Origin: an uncultured Anaerolineae bacterium
GTDB taxonomy: Bacteria > Chloroflexota > Anaerolineae > Anaerolineales > Villigracilaceae
Assembly (NCBI GenBank): GCA_937120535.1
Contig: CAKZJX010000022.1
Location: forward strand, 9,895 to 73,894
Length of the DNA stretch: 64,000 nt
Direction of reading: 5' to 3'
Made by a program: the position numbers and the translations under genes
Shown here: positions 1 through 10,146 of the stretch, in pieces
Numbering within the stretch: the first letter of the stretch is position 1
Layout of the letters: every line of letters starts with the position of its first letter
Notes under the pieces: generated by a model
Database searches by the model: none
The model's input: only the letters and a program-made list of their open reading frames with translations
What the model was told of the DNA's origin: nothing

Positions 1-1
1 T

Positions 2-337
2 TATCGGATCAGCGGCAAACGCATGGTCACCATGCTTATGCGCCCCAACGTGGCCGATTTCCTAGACGAAGTATCTCACGCCGGCGGCCTGGAGCTGCTT
101 TTAGAGCAGGTGGAGATCGCCTCTACTTCGCCCCTGGTCGGCAAGACGGTTCATGAGGTGGAGTTGGGTCGCCGCTTGGGGGTGACCGTGTTGGCTTGCC
201 GTAGCACGAACGGCGTTTTCTGTCCACCCGGTCCAGAGACGGTTTTGCAGCCCAATTCCCTCATCATCGCCCTGGGCACGCGCGATCGCTTGCGCACCTT
301 GAAGGAACTGGCCGAAGGGGCCAGCGGGCCGGCCTGA
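2..337 (+). CDS. TrkA-family (RCK_C domain) potassium channel protein, 3' part; runs off window start
   Basis: Frame is open from position 2 (YRISGKRMVTMLMRPNVADFLD), followed by a typical RCK_C domain (SPLVGKTV..LGRRLGVTVLA...P.PETVLQPNSLIIALG). Confidence 0.75.
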   Translation, partial: YRISGKRMVTMLMRPNVADFLDEVSHAGGLELLLEQVEIASTSPLVGKTVHEVELGRRLGVTVLACRSTNGVFCPPGPETVLQPNSLIIALGTRDRLRTLKELAEGASGPA

Positions 338-402
338 GCCCTCTCCTCCCGAGTGCTGGGGTCGGCAATCGGCCGGCGACGCGGCTATAATAGCCATCAT
401 CT

Positions 403-2811
403 ATGGATCCGAAATCGCTCACCTTCTTAGAATATCCGCTCATCCTCGAGAATTTGGCCGGCTACTGCGCCTTCTCGGCCTCGGCAATGCTGGCACGCGC
501 CTTGCAACCCGCAGTGGACCCCCAAGAGGTCACGCGTCGACTGGCCGAGACCACCGAAGCCCGACGCCTGCTCGCCGTTCACCCGGTGGACGTGGGCGGC
601 GCCCACGACGTGCGGCCGGCGGTGGACCTGGCAAGCCGCGGCGGTGTGCTGGAGCCGCGCCGCTTGCTGGAGATCCGATCGACCCTGATCGTCGCTCGTC
701 AACTCAAGCGGCTGTTTGAACGCATGGGCAAAGGGAGGGACGACTTCTATCCCCGCCTGGCCGAGATCGCTCGCCGGTTGCCCGACACCTATGGCCTGGT
801 GGATGCCATCTCGCGCGCCCTTTCCGATCGGGGCGAGATCTTGGACTCGGCCTCGCCTCGCCTGGCTTCCTTGCGCCACCAGATTCGCCAGGCCCACGAT
901 CGCCTGATGGCCCGCCTCCAACGCTATCTCACCGATCCCCAAACTGCACCCTTCTTGCAAGAGGCGCTGATCACCCAGCGCGATGGACGCTACGTCATCC
1001 CCCTGCGCGCCGAGTTCAAAGGACGCATTCCGGCCATCGTCCACGACCAATCGGCCAGCGGCGCTACGCTGTTCATCGAGCCCCTGCCGGTGGTGGAAGC
1101 CAACAATGAACTGCGTCAGCTCCAACTTCACGAGCGCGACGAGGAACAGCGCATCCTGGCCGAGCTTTCAGCCCACGTCGCCCAACACGCCGTGGCGATC
1201 TCGACCGGCGTGGAGGCCCTGGCCCACCTCGACCTGGCCTTTGCTCGAGCCAAATATGCCGAGGCCCTGCGCGCCAGCGAACCGCTGATCCGCAAGCCGA
1301 TCCACCCCTCCCGCCAGCGCGGGCCGGCCGAGGCCGCCTTCCCCTTTCCTGTGCTGCGGCTGATCCAGGCTCGCCATCCCCTGCTCGATCCAGAGACCGT
1401 CGTTCCGATTGACTTCTACTTGCCACAGGGCGTTCGCGCCGTGGTGATCACCGGCCCCAACACAGGCGGCAAGACCGTGGCGCTCAAAACCGTTGGCCTG
1501 CTGATCCTGATGGCCCAAAGCGGGCTACATATCCCAGCCCAGAGCGGCTCCGAACTCAGCCTCTTCCACGCTGTCTATGCCGACATCGGCGATGAACAAT
1601 CCATCCAGCAATCGCTCAGCACCTTTAGCGGCCACATCAGCAACATCATTCGCATCCTAAAGGAGGCCGACCATCGATCGTTGATCGTCTTGGATGAGCT
1701 GGGCGCCGGCACCGACCCCCAAGAAGGGGCGGCCCTGGCACGGGCCATCCTCAACCACCTGCTGCAGCGTGGCATCACCACCCTAGTCACCACCCATCAC
1801 CCCGAACTCAAGGCTTTCGCCCATGCCACTTCGGGCGTGGTCAACGCCTCGGTGGAATTCGACCTAGAAACCCTGCGCCCAACCTATCAACTGACCATCG
1901 GCCTGCCTGGCCGCTCCCATGCTATTGCCATCGCCCAGCGGCTCGGCCTGGACCCAGAAATTGTCGCCGCCGCCCACAGCGATATCCACCCCGCCGATCG
2001 CCGTGTGGATAAGTTGCTGGACGACATCCGCAAGGAGCGCGACCGCTTGGCGCTCGAACGCCAAGCCCTAGAACGCGAGCGCACCCAGCTAGAGGCTAAG
2101 ACCCGTGAATTAGCGGCGCGCTTGGAGCAGATCGAAGAAGAGCGCCGACAGACCCTAGCCCGCGCCCGCGCCGAAGGCGAACTGGAAGTGGCGGTGCTGC
2201 GCCGAAACCTCGAAACCCTCAAGCGCCGCCTGAAGCGGGCTGCCCAGCCTCTGGAAGCGATCCAGGCCGTGGAAAAAGACCTGCAAACCCTAGAGGCCCA
2301 GGTGGAAGCGCCGCTAGAGCGCCGGCCGGCCCTAGAACCGCCTCTGCCGACCGAGCTGTTGCGCCCGGGCGAGCGCGTTCGAGTGAAAACCCTCAACGCT
2401 GAAGGCGTCGTGACGGCGGTGGGCGAATCGGATGCAGAAGTGCAGATCGGCAGCTTGCGGGTGCGGGCGCGATGGACCGAGCTGGAGCGGACAAGCGCCG
2501 GCCCCGTTGCTCCTGCTTCGACGCAGCCATCCGGCCCCTCGATCGTCGCCTCTGCCGTCTCCTCCCCCGGCCTGGAACTCAACCTGCGCGGCATGATGGT
2601 GGACGATGCCCTGCAAACCCTCGAGCGCCACCTCGAGAAAGCCTACCTAGCCGGCCTGCCGTTCGTGCGCATCGTCCACGGCAAAGGGACCGGCAAACTG
2701 CGCACCGCTGTGCGCCAAGCCCTACGCCATCACCCCTACGTGCGCTCCTTTGAAGAAGCCGCTCCCAATCAAGGGGGTGAAGGCGTCACCATTGTCCTGT
2801 TGGCCAAATAG
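403..2811 (+). CDS. mutS2: Endonuclease MutS2
   Basis: 802 aa; Walker A ITGPNTGGKT, DIGDEQSIQQSLSTFSGH, LDELGAGTDP, coiled coil, C-terminal Smr domain (LNLRGM...IVHGKGTGKLR). Confidence 0.95.
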   Translation: MDPKSLTFLEYPLILENLAGYCAFSASAMLARALQPAVDPQEVTRRLAETTEARRLLAVHPVDVGGAHDVRPAVDLASRGGVLEPRRLLEIRSTLIVARQLKRLFERMGKGRDDFYPRLAEIARRLPDTYGLVDAISRALSDRGEILDSASPRLASLRHQIRQAHDRLMARLQRYLTDPQTAPFLQEALITQRDGRYVIPLRAEFKGRIPAIVHDQSASGATLFIEPLPVVEANNELRQLQLHERDEEQRILAELSAHVAQHAVAISTGVEALAHLDLAFARAKYAEALRASEPLIRKPIHPSRQRGPAEAAFPFPVLRLIQARHPLLDPETVVPIDFYLPQGVRAVVITGPNTGGKTVALKTVGLLILMAQSGLHIPAQSGSELSLFHAVYADIGDEQSIQQSLSTFSGHISNIIRILKEADHRSLIVLDELGAGTDPQEGAALARAILNHLLQRGITTLVTTHHPELKAFAHATSGVVNASVEFDLETLRPTYQLTIGLPGRSHAIAIAQRLGLDPEIVAAAHSDIHPADRRVDKLLDDIRKERDRLALERQALERERTQLEAKTRELAARLEQIEEERRQTLARARAEGELEVAVLRRNLETLKRRLKRAAQPLEAIQAVEKDLQTLEAQVEAPLERRPALEPPLPTELLRPGERVRVKTLNAEGVVTAVGESDAEVQIGSLRVRARWTELERTSAGPVAPASTQPSGPSIVASAVSSPGLELNLRGMMVDDALQTLERHLEKAYLAGLPFVRIVHGKGTGKLRTAVRQALRHHPYVRSFEEAAPNQGGEGVTIVLLAK

Positions 2812-2969
2812 CCAACCAACCTGCCTGACACCTTTCACTTCCTGCCTCATGTCTAAACACTAACCCACTTGCCAGGCCTTCCTGCCCAAACTCGATGGGC
2901 TCCATGCCTGTAAGACCCTGTCGATCTTGGTATCCTAGCGGGAGCTTTTTCTCCTCTCGATCTGCGCCT

Positions 2970-4469
2970 ATGCTTGCTCGTCTCTCTCTGCTCATCCTGC
3001 TCTTGCTAACCGCTTGTTCCCCTTCTCTGCCATCGCCGACGGATGCCCCGCCTTTGCCCACGGCGACCTCTTTCCCCACCCCCGAACCCCCTCTGCCAAC
3101 CCCCTCCCCAACACCCACACCGATCCCGCCCCCCCAACGCCCTCACTACACCCTGAACCTACGCCTCAGCTACGCCCACAAAACCGCCCGTGTCGTTGAG
3201 ACCATCCGTTACACCAACAACAGCCCCGACGTGTTGACCGACCTGTTACTAGCTGTTGTCCCCACCTGTCCGCGCAGTTTCGCGCTCAACGCCATCGCCG
3301 TCAACGGCGTCCCGATCACCGACTACCGTTTCGAGCCCGACCACGTCCAGGCCTACGTTCGCCAGCGCCTGCAGCTTCCCCTGCCTCAACCATTGCCTCC
3401 CGGCCAACAGGTGACCGTGGAGATCGACTTTAGCCTGATCCTGCCGGTGGTTGAAAACTTCCGCAACCAGGACAGCCTGTGTTCCCAAATCTACGGCTAT
3501 ACCGCCGCCCAGATCAACCTGGTAGATTGGTATCCCTTCATCGTGCCCTACCTCCCTGGCCGAGGCTGGATCTTGAACAACCCCTGGTATTACGGCGAAC
3601 ATCTCACCTACGAAGCGTCCGACTTCGACGTGATAGTGACCTTCACCGACGGCTTGAGCCCGGTGATCGCCGCCAGCGGAGAGGAGATCGAATCGGGTTC
3701 ACCGAACACGCGCCGGTTCCGCTTGGAAGCGGGGCGGACGTTCGCCTTATCGTTCGCGCTCGACTTTCGGGTAGTGTCTACCGTCGTGGATGGAGTGACC
3801 GTTTCCAGCTACTACTTCGCCCCCTACGAAGTGCCGGCCCGCGCCGTGCTCGACGCTACCGCCCAGGCCCTTCAAATCTATTCCCAGCGCTTCGGACCCT
3901 ATCCTCACAAAACCCTGACCGTCGTCCAGGGAGACTTCAACGACGGCATGGAGTTCTCCGCCTTCTACTTCCACAGCAAAGGCATCTACAACAATTACGA
4001 CGGAACCCTGCGCAATCATCTGATCGCCGTCTCGGTGCACGAAACCGCCCACCAATGGTGGTTCGAGCAGGTCGGGAACAATCAGGCCCTCGAGCCGTGG
4101 TTAGACGAATCCCTGGCGACCTTTAGCGAGATCGTCTACTACGAGACGGTACAGCCAGAAGTTTTGGGAGAATGGTGGTGGTTCTACCGCTTCGACCGCT
4201 ATCAGCCCAGCAATCAAGTGGACGTCCGCATCTACGAGGGCGACGGACAACGCCCCTACTGGAACAAAGTCTACCTCAACGGCGCCCGCTTCCTCCAAGA
4301 CCTGCGGCTACGCTTGGGCGAACCGGTCTTCTTTGCCTTCTTGCAAGATTACCTCTCCCAAATGCGCGGCCGCATCGCCACCTCGCAGGATTTCTTCCGC
4401 ATCCTGCGCCGGCATACCGATGCCGACCTGTCCGACCTGATCAGCCAATACTTCCAGAACTCCTACTGA
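2970..4469 (+). CDS. M1-family (gluzincin) metallopeptidase, lipoprotein
   Basis: Start moved to ATG 2970 (MLARLSLLILLLLTAC signal peptide and lipobox); Pro/Thr linker; HETAHQWW...WLDES zinc motif. Confidence 0.85.
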   Translation: MLARLSLLILLLLTACSPSLPSPTDAPPLPTATSFPTPEPPLPTPSPTPTPIPPPQRPHYTLNLRLSYAHKTARVVETIRYTNNSPDVLTDLLLAVVPTCPRSFALNAIAVNGVPITDYRFEPDHVQAYVRQRLQLPLPQPLPPGQQVTVEIDFSLILPVVENFRNQDSLCSQIYGYTAAQINLVDWYPFIVPYLPGRGWILNNPWYYGEHLTYEASDFDVIVTFTDGLSPVIAASGEEIESGSPNTRRFRLEAGRTFALSFALDFRVVSTVVDGVTVSSYYFAPYEVPARAVLDATAQALQIYSQRFGPYPHKTLTVVQGDFNDGMEFSAFYFHSKGIYNNYDGTLRNHLIAVSVHETAHQWWFEQVGNNQALEPWLDESLATFSEIVYYETVQPEVLGEWWWFYRFDRYQPSNQVDVRIYEGDGQRPYWNKVYLNGARFLQDLRLRLGEPVFFAFLQDYLSQMRGRIATSQDFFRILRRHTDADLSDLISQYFQNSY

Positions 4470-4470
4470 C

Positions 4471-6063
4471 ATGCTTGAGTGCTTCCCCTTCCGCTGTGGC
4501 AGGCTATGGATAGTCGGCCTGATAGCGCTTTTTATGACATGTGGGCTTCCTGCTCCTGCGGCGACTCCGACCGCTCCCTTCCGTGTCCCCTTCCGAATAG
4601 AAAGGGGAGGCCCGAACGTTCCACTTCCAACTCCCTTTCAGCCGGCCACCTCCACCCCGACGCATCCTCTTCCCTCGGCCACGCCCTCCCCGACCTCCCC
4701 GACTGCTTCCCCCTCCCCAGCTGCTCCCTTGCCTCTAGCCTCTCCTTCTCCCACTTTCTCCTCACCGGCATCCCTGCCAGAGCGCCCGTCCTACCTGCTC
4801 TACGTCACCGTGGATTATGATGCCCGCCGCGTCTGGGTAGACCAAGCGATTGTCTACCCCAACCTGAGTGGGGTTCCGCTCAGTGAGCTGGTGCTGGCGG
4901 TAGAGCCGATGCGCTACGACGGGGCCTTCAAGCTGATCGCCCTCTCGCTGGCGGGAATGCCTGTCTCCGACTATCTCCTGGACTCTCATCGTCTCATCGT
5001 TCCCTTGGCTTTGCCCCTGCCGGCGGGCCGCCAGGTGGAGCTGGTGCTCCAATACGAGCTGGCCTTGCCGCCTAAGCGCTATGACGACATCTTCGGTTGG
5101 ACCGCCGATCAGATCAACCTGACCGACTGGTATCCTTTTATCGTGCCCTATGATACGGCAAGCGGCTGGTTATTGCACGACCCTATGCCCTGGGGCGAGC
5201 ATCTGGTCTACGATTGGGCGAACTACGAGGTCTACCTCCGTTTTACCGAGCCGGCTGCCGCGCCGATGGTGGCAGCGCCGGCCCTGGCCGAAGCCCACGG
5301 CGAATGGACGCGCTATCGCCTGGATGGGGCGCGCACCTTTGCGCTCTCCATGAGCCGCCGCTTTCTGGTCCGTGAGACGGCAGTCCGTTCCACGGTGGTT
5401 CGCTCATATTTCTTTGCGGAGCACAAGGCGGCCGGCGAGAAGATCGCCTACGTGGCCACCCAAGCGCTTGGCTTGTTCGAGCCGCTGTTCGCTCCCTACC
5501 CCTATCCTGTGTTGAACGTGGTGGAGACCGAACACAGCGACGGTCAGGAGTTCGACGGCCTAGCCTTCTTGAGCAGCAATTTCTACGCCACCTACAACGG
5601 CGGTTCCAGGAACAACCTGGTGGTGATCGGCGTGCACGAGATCGCCCACAACTGGTGGTTTGGCTTGGTGGGCAACGACCAGGCCTTGGAGCCCTGGCTG
5701 GATGAAGCGCTTGCCGTGTACAGCGAACGCATCTTTTTTGAGTACACCAACCCCGGCCTGCTCGACTGGTGGTGGCGCTTCCGCGTGACCTATTTCAACC
5801 CGCGCGGCTGGGTGGATGCCACCATTTACAATGGCGGTTCGTTCCGCGACTATACCGATGCCGTGTATTTCAACGGAGCGCTGTTCTTGGAGAAGCTGCG
5901 CATCCGCATGGGCGATAAGGCGTTTTTGGCTTTTTTGAAAGACTACGCTCGTCAGATGGCCTATGGCCGCGCTACGGCCCGCAATTTCTTTCAAGTAGCG
6001 CGCCAGCACAGTGCCCGTGATTTCTCCGACCTGATCAGGGCTTATTTTTCAACCTCCGAGTGA
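4471..6063 (+). CDS. M1-family metallopeptidase paralog, probably membrane-anchored or lipoprotein
   Basis: HEIAHNWW...WLDEA zinc motif; hydrophobic N-terminus with FMTC; Pro/Ser/Thr linker; colinear with the upstream paralog. Confidence 0.85.
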   Translation: MLECFPFRCGRLWIVGLIALFMTCGLPAPAATPTAPFRVPFRIERGGPNVPLPTPFQPATSTPTHPLPSATPSPTSPTASPSPAAPLPLASPSPTFSSPASLPERPSYLLYVTVDYDARRVWVDQAIVYPNLSGVPLSELVLAVEPMRYDGAFKLIALSLAGMPVSDYLLDSHRLIVPLALPLPAGRQVELVLQYELALPPKRYDDIFGWTADQINLTDWYPFIVPYDTASGWLLHDPMPWGEHLVYDWANYEVYLRFTEPAAAPMVAAPALAEAHGEWTRYRLDGARTFALSMSRRFLVRETAVRSTVVRSYFFAEHKAAGEKIAYVATQALGLFEPLFAPYPYPVLNVVETEHSDGQEFDGLAFLSSNFYATYNGGSRNNLVVIGVHEIAHNWWFGLVGNDQALEPWLDEALAVYSERIFFEYTNPGLLDWWWRFRVTYFNPRGWVDATIYNGGSFRDYTDAVYFNGALFLEKLRIRMGDKAFLAFLKDYARQMAYGRATARNFFQVARQHSARDFSDLIRAYFSTSE

Positions 6064-6085
6064 TTGCGGGCTGCGGCAACGGGCC

Positions 6086-6424
6086 GGGAGTGGATAAAAA
6101 GGGGATTTTTTCACACCGAGACACAAAGACACGGGGAGGCTCTATGGTCTACGTGTTGGGTTCCCATGCGGCTCACGTTGCACGGCGGGGTGGAGGCCGG
6201 ATCCCAAGCACAGGCCGACCCCGAAGGGAAGAACGCCAAGTTAGGCCAGGATCTCGCTTGCCTGGCGCGACGCTCGCGCTGTTTTTCGCGTGGTCCAGAA
6301 GCCTGGAAGGCAGCCTGGAAGATTTTTCTGTACTGCTTCCACTGCCGTCCATGGCGCAAGCAGCGTTTTCCGAACTATCCCGCTCATATGTTTCAGTTTA
6401 TCAACCCATAATTTAGCCGCTCCC
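6086..6424. mobile_element. MITE-like element, family 1, copy 1 (339 bp)
   Basis: Imperfect TIRs GGGAGTGGATAAAA / ATTTAGCCGCTCCC (11 of 14 match); alignable end to end with the reverse complement of 29776-30108, including an identical 58-nt core (6180-6237). Confidence 0.8.
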
Positions 6425-6595
6425 GGACGGGGGTTGCTTAGGGTGCGCTTGGGGACGGCGTATACCGATGAGCGGGTGGTATGGTGGTCATGGTAGGGAA
6501 GAAGGCGACTATTGGCTGAAGGAAGGCTGCATGGCAAGAACAGAGTAGCGTTTTTTAGAGCACCCTCCCGGCAATTTGATAGCCCCTTAACGCAG

Positions 6596-6601
6596 TATAA
6601 T
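6596..6601 (+). promoter_or_regulatory. -10 box of a probable leaderless coaBC transcript
   Basis: TATAAT 6 nt upstream of ATG 6608; no Shine-Dalgarno. Confidence 0.55.
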
Positions 6602-6607
6602 CAAAGC

Positions 6608-7837
6608 ATGTCCATCTTTCATGACAAACGCATTTTGCTCGGGGTTAGCGGTTCGATCGCTGCCTACAAATCAGCCGATCTAGCCTCCAAACTGACCCAG
6701 GCGGGGGCGCATGTGGATGTGATCTTGACCCCTGGCGCCGAGAAGTTTATCACGCCGCTCACCTTCCAATCGGTTACCGGACGCCGTGCATACACCGACG
6801 CCGATCTATGGGGTGGTGAGGCTCATGTCCTCCATGTCGGTCTAGCCGATCAAGCCGACCTGCTGGTGATTGCGCCGTGCACGGCCCACACGCTGGCCAA
6901 GCTAGCCCACGGACTAGCCGATTCCCTCTTGACCATCACCGCTTTAGCCTATCGCGGCCCTCTGGTGTTGGCCCCGGCCATGGACGGCGGCATGTACGAA
7001 GCGCCGGCCACTCAAGCCAATCTAGAAACGTTACGCAAGCGAGGCGCAGTGGTGATCGGGCCGGCGGAAGGGCACCTGGCCTCCGGCCTGGTTGGCAAGG
7101 GGCGTATGGTAGAGCCGGCCGAGATCCTGGGACATTTGCGGTTGGTCCTGGGACGCAACGGGCCCCTGGCCGGCCGATCAGTCCTGGTCACCGCCGGCGG
7201 GACGCAGGAGCCGCTCGACCCGGTGCGCGTGCTGACCAACCGATCCTCTGGCAAACAAGGCTACGCCCTGGCCCAGGCCGCTCTCGATGCCGGCGCCCAG
7301 GTCACCCTGATCAGCGCGCCCACTGCCCTCACCCCGCCGGTCGGCGCCCGCCTGATCCCCGTGGAGACCGCCCAACAGATGCTTCAGGCGGTGCTCACCG
7401 AACTGCCCTCCACCGATGTGCTCCTCATGGCCGCTGCCGTAGCCGACTTTCGCCCGCAACAGGCGGCTAGCGAAAAAATCAAGAAACCTAGCCGAACTCC
7501 GGACGCGCCGGCATCGCTGATCGTCCTCGAGACCACAGAAGACATCCTGGGTACGGTGGCCCGCGCTCGGTCAGAGACGAAACGTCCGCTTGTTGTGGTA
7601 GGATTCGCTGCCGAATCCCAAAACCTGATTGAGAACGCCCTCGAAAAACTCCACAGCAAACAGATCGACCTGATCGTCGCCAACGACATCACTGCCCCCG
7701 ACGCCGGTTTCAACGTGGACACCAATCGCGTCACCTTGCTTGCGGCTGATGGCACCCAAGAGAGCCTGCCCTTGATGAGCAAAGCTGAAGTGGCAGAAAT
7801 CATCATCAAGCGTGTCCTTGCGCTGTTGGAGACATGA
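6608..7837 (+). CDS. coaBC: Bifunctional phosphopantothenoylcysteine decarboxylase/ligase
   Basis: ILLGVSGSIAAYK, APCTAHTLAKLAHG, PAMD, VTAGGTQEPLDPVR..TNRSSGKQG, VGFAAES; start moved to ATG 6608. Confidence 0.95.
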   Translation: MSIFHDKRILLGVSGSIAAYKSADLASKLTQAGAHVDVILTPGAEKFITPLTFQSVTGRRAYTDADLWGGEAHVLHVGLADQADLLVIAPCTAHTLAKLAHGLADSLLTITALAYRGPLVLAPAMDGGMYEAPATQANLETLRKRGAVVIGPAEGHLASGLVGKGRMVEPAEILGHLRLVLGRNGPLAGRSVLVTAGGTQEPLDPVRVLTNRSSGKQGYALAQAALDAGAQVTLISAPTALTPPVGARLIPVETAQQMLQAVLTELPSTDVLLMAAAVADFRPQQAASEKIKKPSRTPDAPASLIVLETTEDILGTVARARSETKRPLVVVGFAAESQNLIENALEKLHSKQIDLIVANDITAPDAGFNVDTNRVTLLAADGTQESLPLMSKAEVAEIIIKRVLALLET

Positions 7838-8568
7838 TGCGCATCCTGGTCCTTTCCGATATTCATGCCAATTATGAAGCGTTGCAGGCCGTCTTAAACG
7901 ATGCCGGCCCCGTGGATGAAGTCTGGTGCTTGGGAGATGTGGTCGGCTATGGCCCAGACCCAAACGAATGCATCGAAACCCTGCGCAACCTGCCCAACCT
8001 GATCTGCCTGATGGGGAACCACGACGTAGCCGTCCTAGGACAAATGCCGCTCTCGGTCTTCAATGGCGAGGCGCGCCATGCCTTGATGTGGCAGACTCGA
8101 TCGCTGACCACGGAAAGCATGGCCTTCCTCCGCTCCCTGCCGAAAACGGCATTGGTGCGCGGCGAGGTGACCCTAGTCCACGGCTCACCCCGCGACCCAA
8201 TTTGGGAATACATCCTGAACACGCTAACGGCCCGCATCAATCTGGACTACTTTGACACCCCGTTCTGCTTCGTGGGACACTCCCACTTTCAGGGCATCTT
8301 TCAACTGGATCAAGAACGGAATCGCATCAGCATGATCGTCCCTCGACCGGGCGAAAGTCTTCCCATGACGCCGCGCGCCATCTTCAACCCCGGCTCAGTG
8401 GGCCAGCCGCGCGATCGCGACCCACGCGCTGCCTATGCCATTTACGACCCCGAGGCCCACACCTGGGAGCCGCGCCGTGCGCCTTACGACATCGCCGCCG
8501 TCCAAAAACGCATTCGCGAACTGGGCCTGCCCGAAAAACACGCAGCTCGGCTGGCAGAAGGATGGTAG
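7834..8568 (+). CDS. Metallophosphoesterase (calcineurin-like, YfcE/MPP family)
   Basis: SDIHAN, LGDVVGYG, GNHD, VHGSP, GHSH, NPGSVGQPRD motifs; overlaps the coaBC stop. Confidence 0.9.
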   Translation: MMRILVLSDIHANYEALQAVLNDAGPVDEVWCLGDVVGYGPDPNECIETLRNLPNLICLMGNHDVAVLGQMPLSVFNGEARHALMWQTRSLTTESMAFLRSLPKTALVRGEVTLVHGSPRDPIWEYILNTLTARINLDYFDTPFCFVGHSHFQGIFQLDQERNRISMIVPRPGESLPMTPRAIFNPGSVGQPRDRDPRAAYAIYDPEAHTWEPRRAPYDIAAVQKRIRELGLPEKHAARLAEGW

Positions 8569-8607
8569 GTCAGGATGGCCGTTCCCCATGAATAGAGCGA
8601 CCCGAGT

Positions 8608-10146
8608 ATGGCGGATTCAATTGCTATTCTCGACTTCGGTTCGCAATACGCCCAGCTGATCGCCCGCCGCTTGCGGGAGATGCATGTGTATTGCGAGCTG
8701 TTTCCTTGGGATGCGCCAGCGGAGCGGGTCCTTGCCATTCATCCCAAGGGATTCATTCTCTCCGGCGGGCCGCGCTCGGTGTACGAAGAAGGCGCGCCCT
8801 CCATTCCCCCCTTCGTCTTCGAGAGCGGCCGGCCCATCTTGGGCATCTGCTACGGCATGCAGGCCCTCGCCCACGCCCTGGGTGGACAGGTGGACCCCTC
8901 AGCGCAACGCGAATACGGGCCGGCCCACATCGAACCGTTGGTCGCCACGCCCCTCATCGAGCCACTCTCCCTGGTCTGGATGTCGCACGGCGACCGAATC
9001 AGCCGCCTACCGTCGGACTTCGTGGCCCTGGCACGTTCCGATAACAGCCCCTATGCCGCCATGGGGGACTTTCAGCGCAACTACTTTGGCGTTCAATTCC
9101 ACCCCGAAGTCCATCACACCCCAAACGGCCGAGAACTGCTCAAATACTTCGTCCTCAACATCTGCGGCGCCAAGCCAGAATGGACCCCGGCTTCGATCAT
9201 CGAGGAGGCCGTCCAGCGCATTCGTGCTCAGGTGGGCAGCGAGCGCGTCTTGGCAGCAGTTTCCGGCGGAGTGGATTCATCGGTGGCGGCGGCCTTGGTC
9301 CACAAAGCAGTGGGCGACCAACTGGCGGCCGTGTTCGTCGACACTGGCCTCCTGCGCCGCGGCGAACGAGAACAAGTGGTGGCCGCCTTTCGTCAAACCC
9401 TGCACGTCGAACTGATCACCGTGGACGCCGCTGAAGAATTCCTGGCCGCCCTGCAGGGGATCACAGACCCAGAACAAAAGCGGCGCATCGTGGGCGAGAA
9501 GTTTATCCGGGTCTTCGAGCGGCAGGCGCGCCAAGTGGGCCAGCCCCGCTTCTTAGTCCAAGGAACGATCTACCCCGACGTGGTCGAGTCCTCGGCCCCC
9601 GATCGCAGCAAAGCCGAACGGATCAAAACCCATCACAACGTGGGCGGGCTGCCACCGGATTTATTGTTCGAGCTGGTAGAACCCCTGCGTTACCTGTTCA
9701 AGGATGAGGTGCGCGCCGTAGGCGAAGCGCTCGGGCTGCCAGAATCGCTGATTTGGCGGCAGCCCTTCCCGGGTCCAGGCTTGACCGTGCGCTGCGTAGG
9801 GGAGATCACGCGCGAGCGTTTGGAACGCCTGCGGGCGGCCGATTCGATCCTGCTCGAGGAACTGTCCCGCGCTGGGTTTCTAGGCAAAGGTGCTCCCCTG
9901 GCCCAGGCGTTTGTAGTGCTGCTGCCCGTGCGTTCGGTGGGCGTGATGGGCGACCAACGCACCTACCAGGAAGTGGCTGCCATTCGCGCTGTGACCACCG
10001 AGGATTTCATGACCGCCGATTGGGCACACCTGCCTCACGACCTGCTAGCGCGCATTGCCAACCGAATCGTGAACGAAGTCGCTGGGATCAACCGCGTCGT
10101 CTACGACATTACCAGCAAGCCCCCCGCTACCATTGAGTGGGAATAA
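8608..10146 (+). CDS. guaA: GMP synthase (glutamine-hydrolysing)
   Basis: [51 protein letters not shown]. Confidence 0.97.
   Translation: MADSIAILDFGSQYAQLIARRLREMHVYCELFPWDAPAERVLAIHPKGFILSGGPRSVYEEGAPSIPPFVFESGRPILGICYGMQALAHALGGQVDPSAQREYGPAHIEPLVATPLIEPLSLVWMSHGDRISRLPSDFVALARSDNSPYAAMGDFQRNYFGVQFHPEVHHTPNGRELLKYFVLNICGAKPEWTPASIIEEAVQRIRAQVGSERVLAAVSGGVDSSVAAALVHKAVGDQLAAVFVDTGLLRRGEREQVVAAFRQTLHVELITVDAAEEFLAALQGITDPEQKRRIVGEKFIRVFERQARQVGQPRFLVQGTIYPDVVESSAPDRSKAERIKTHHNVGGLPPDLLFELVEPLRYLFKDEVRAVGEALGLPESLIWRQPFPGPGLTVRCVGEITRERLERLRAADSILLEELSRAGFLGKGAPLAQAFVVLLPVRSVGVMGDQRTYQEVAAIRAVTTEDFMTADWAHLPHDLLARIANRIVNEVAGINRVVYDITSKPPATIEWE

Noticed and set aside
3030-3135. C-rich quasi-repeats (also 4620-4770)
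   Set aside because: They encode Pro/Thr/Ser linkers of lipoproteins, not CRISPR or VNTR arrays
6060-6416. ORFs inside the ~335-bp element (6060..6416, 6064..6411, 29780..30175, 29805..30104)
   Set aside because: Frames are broken by indels between the two copies and no transposase motif is seen; similarity reflects the DNA repeat
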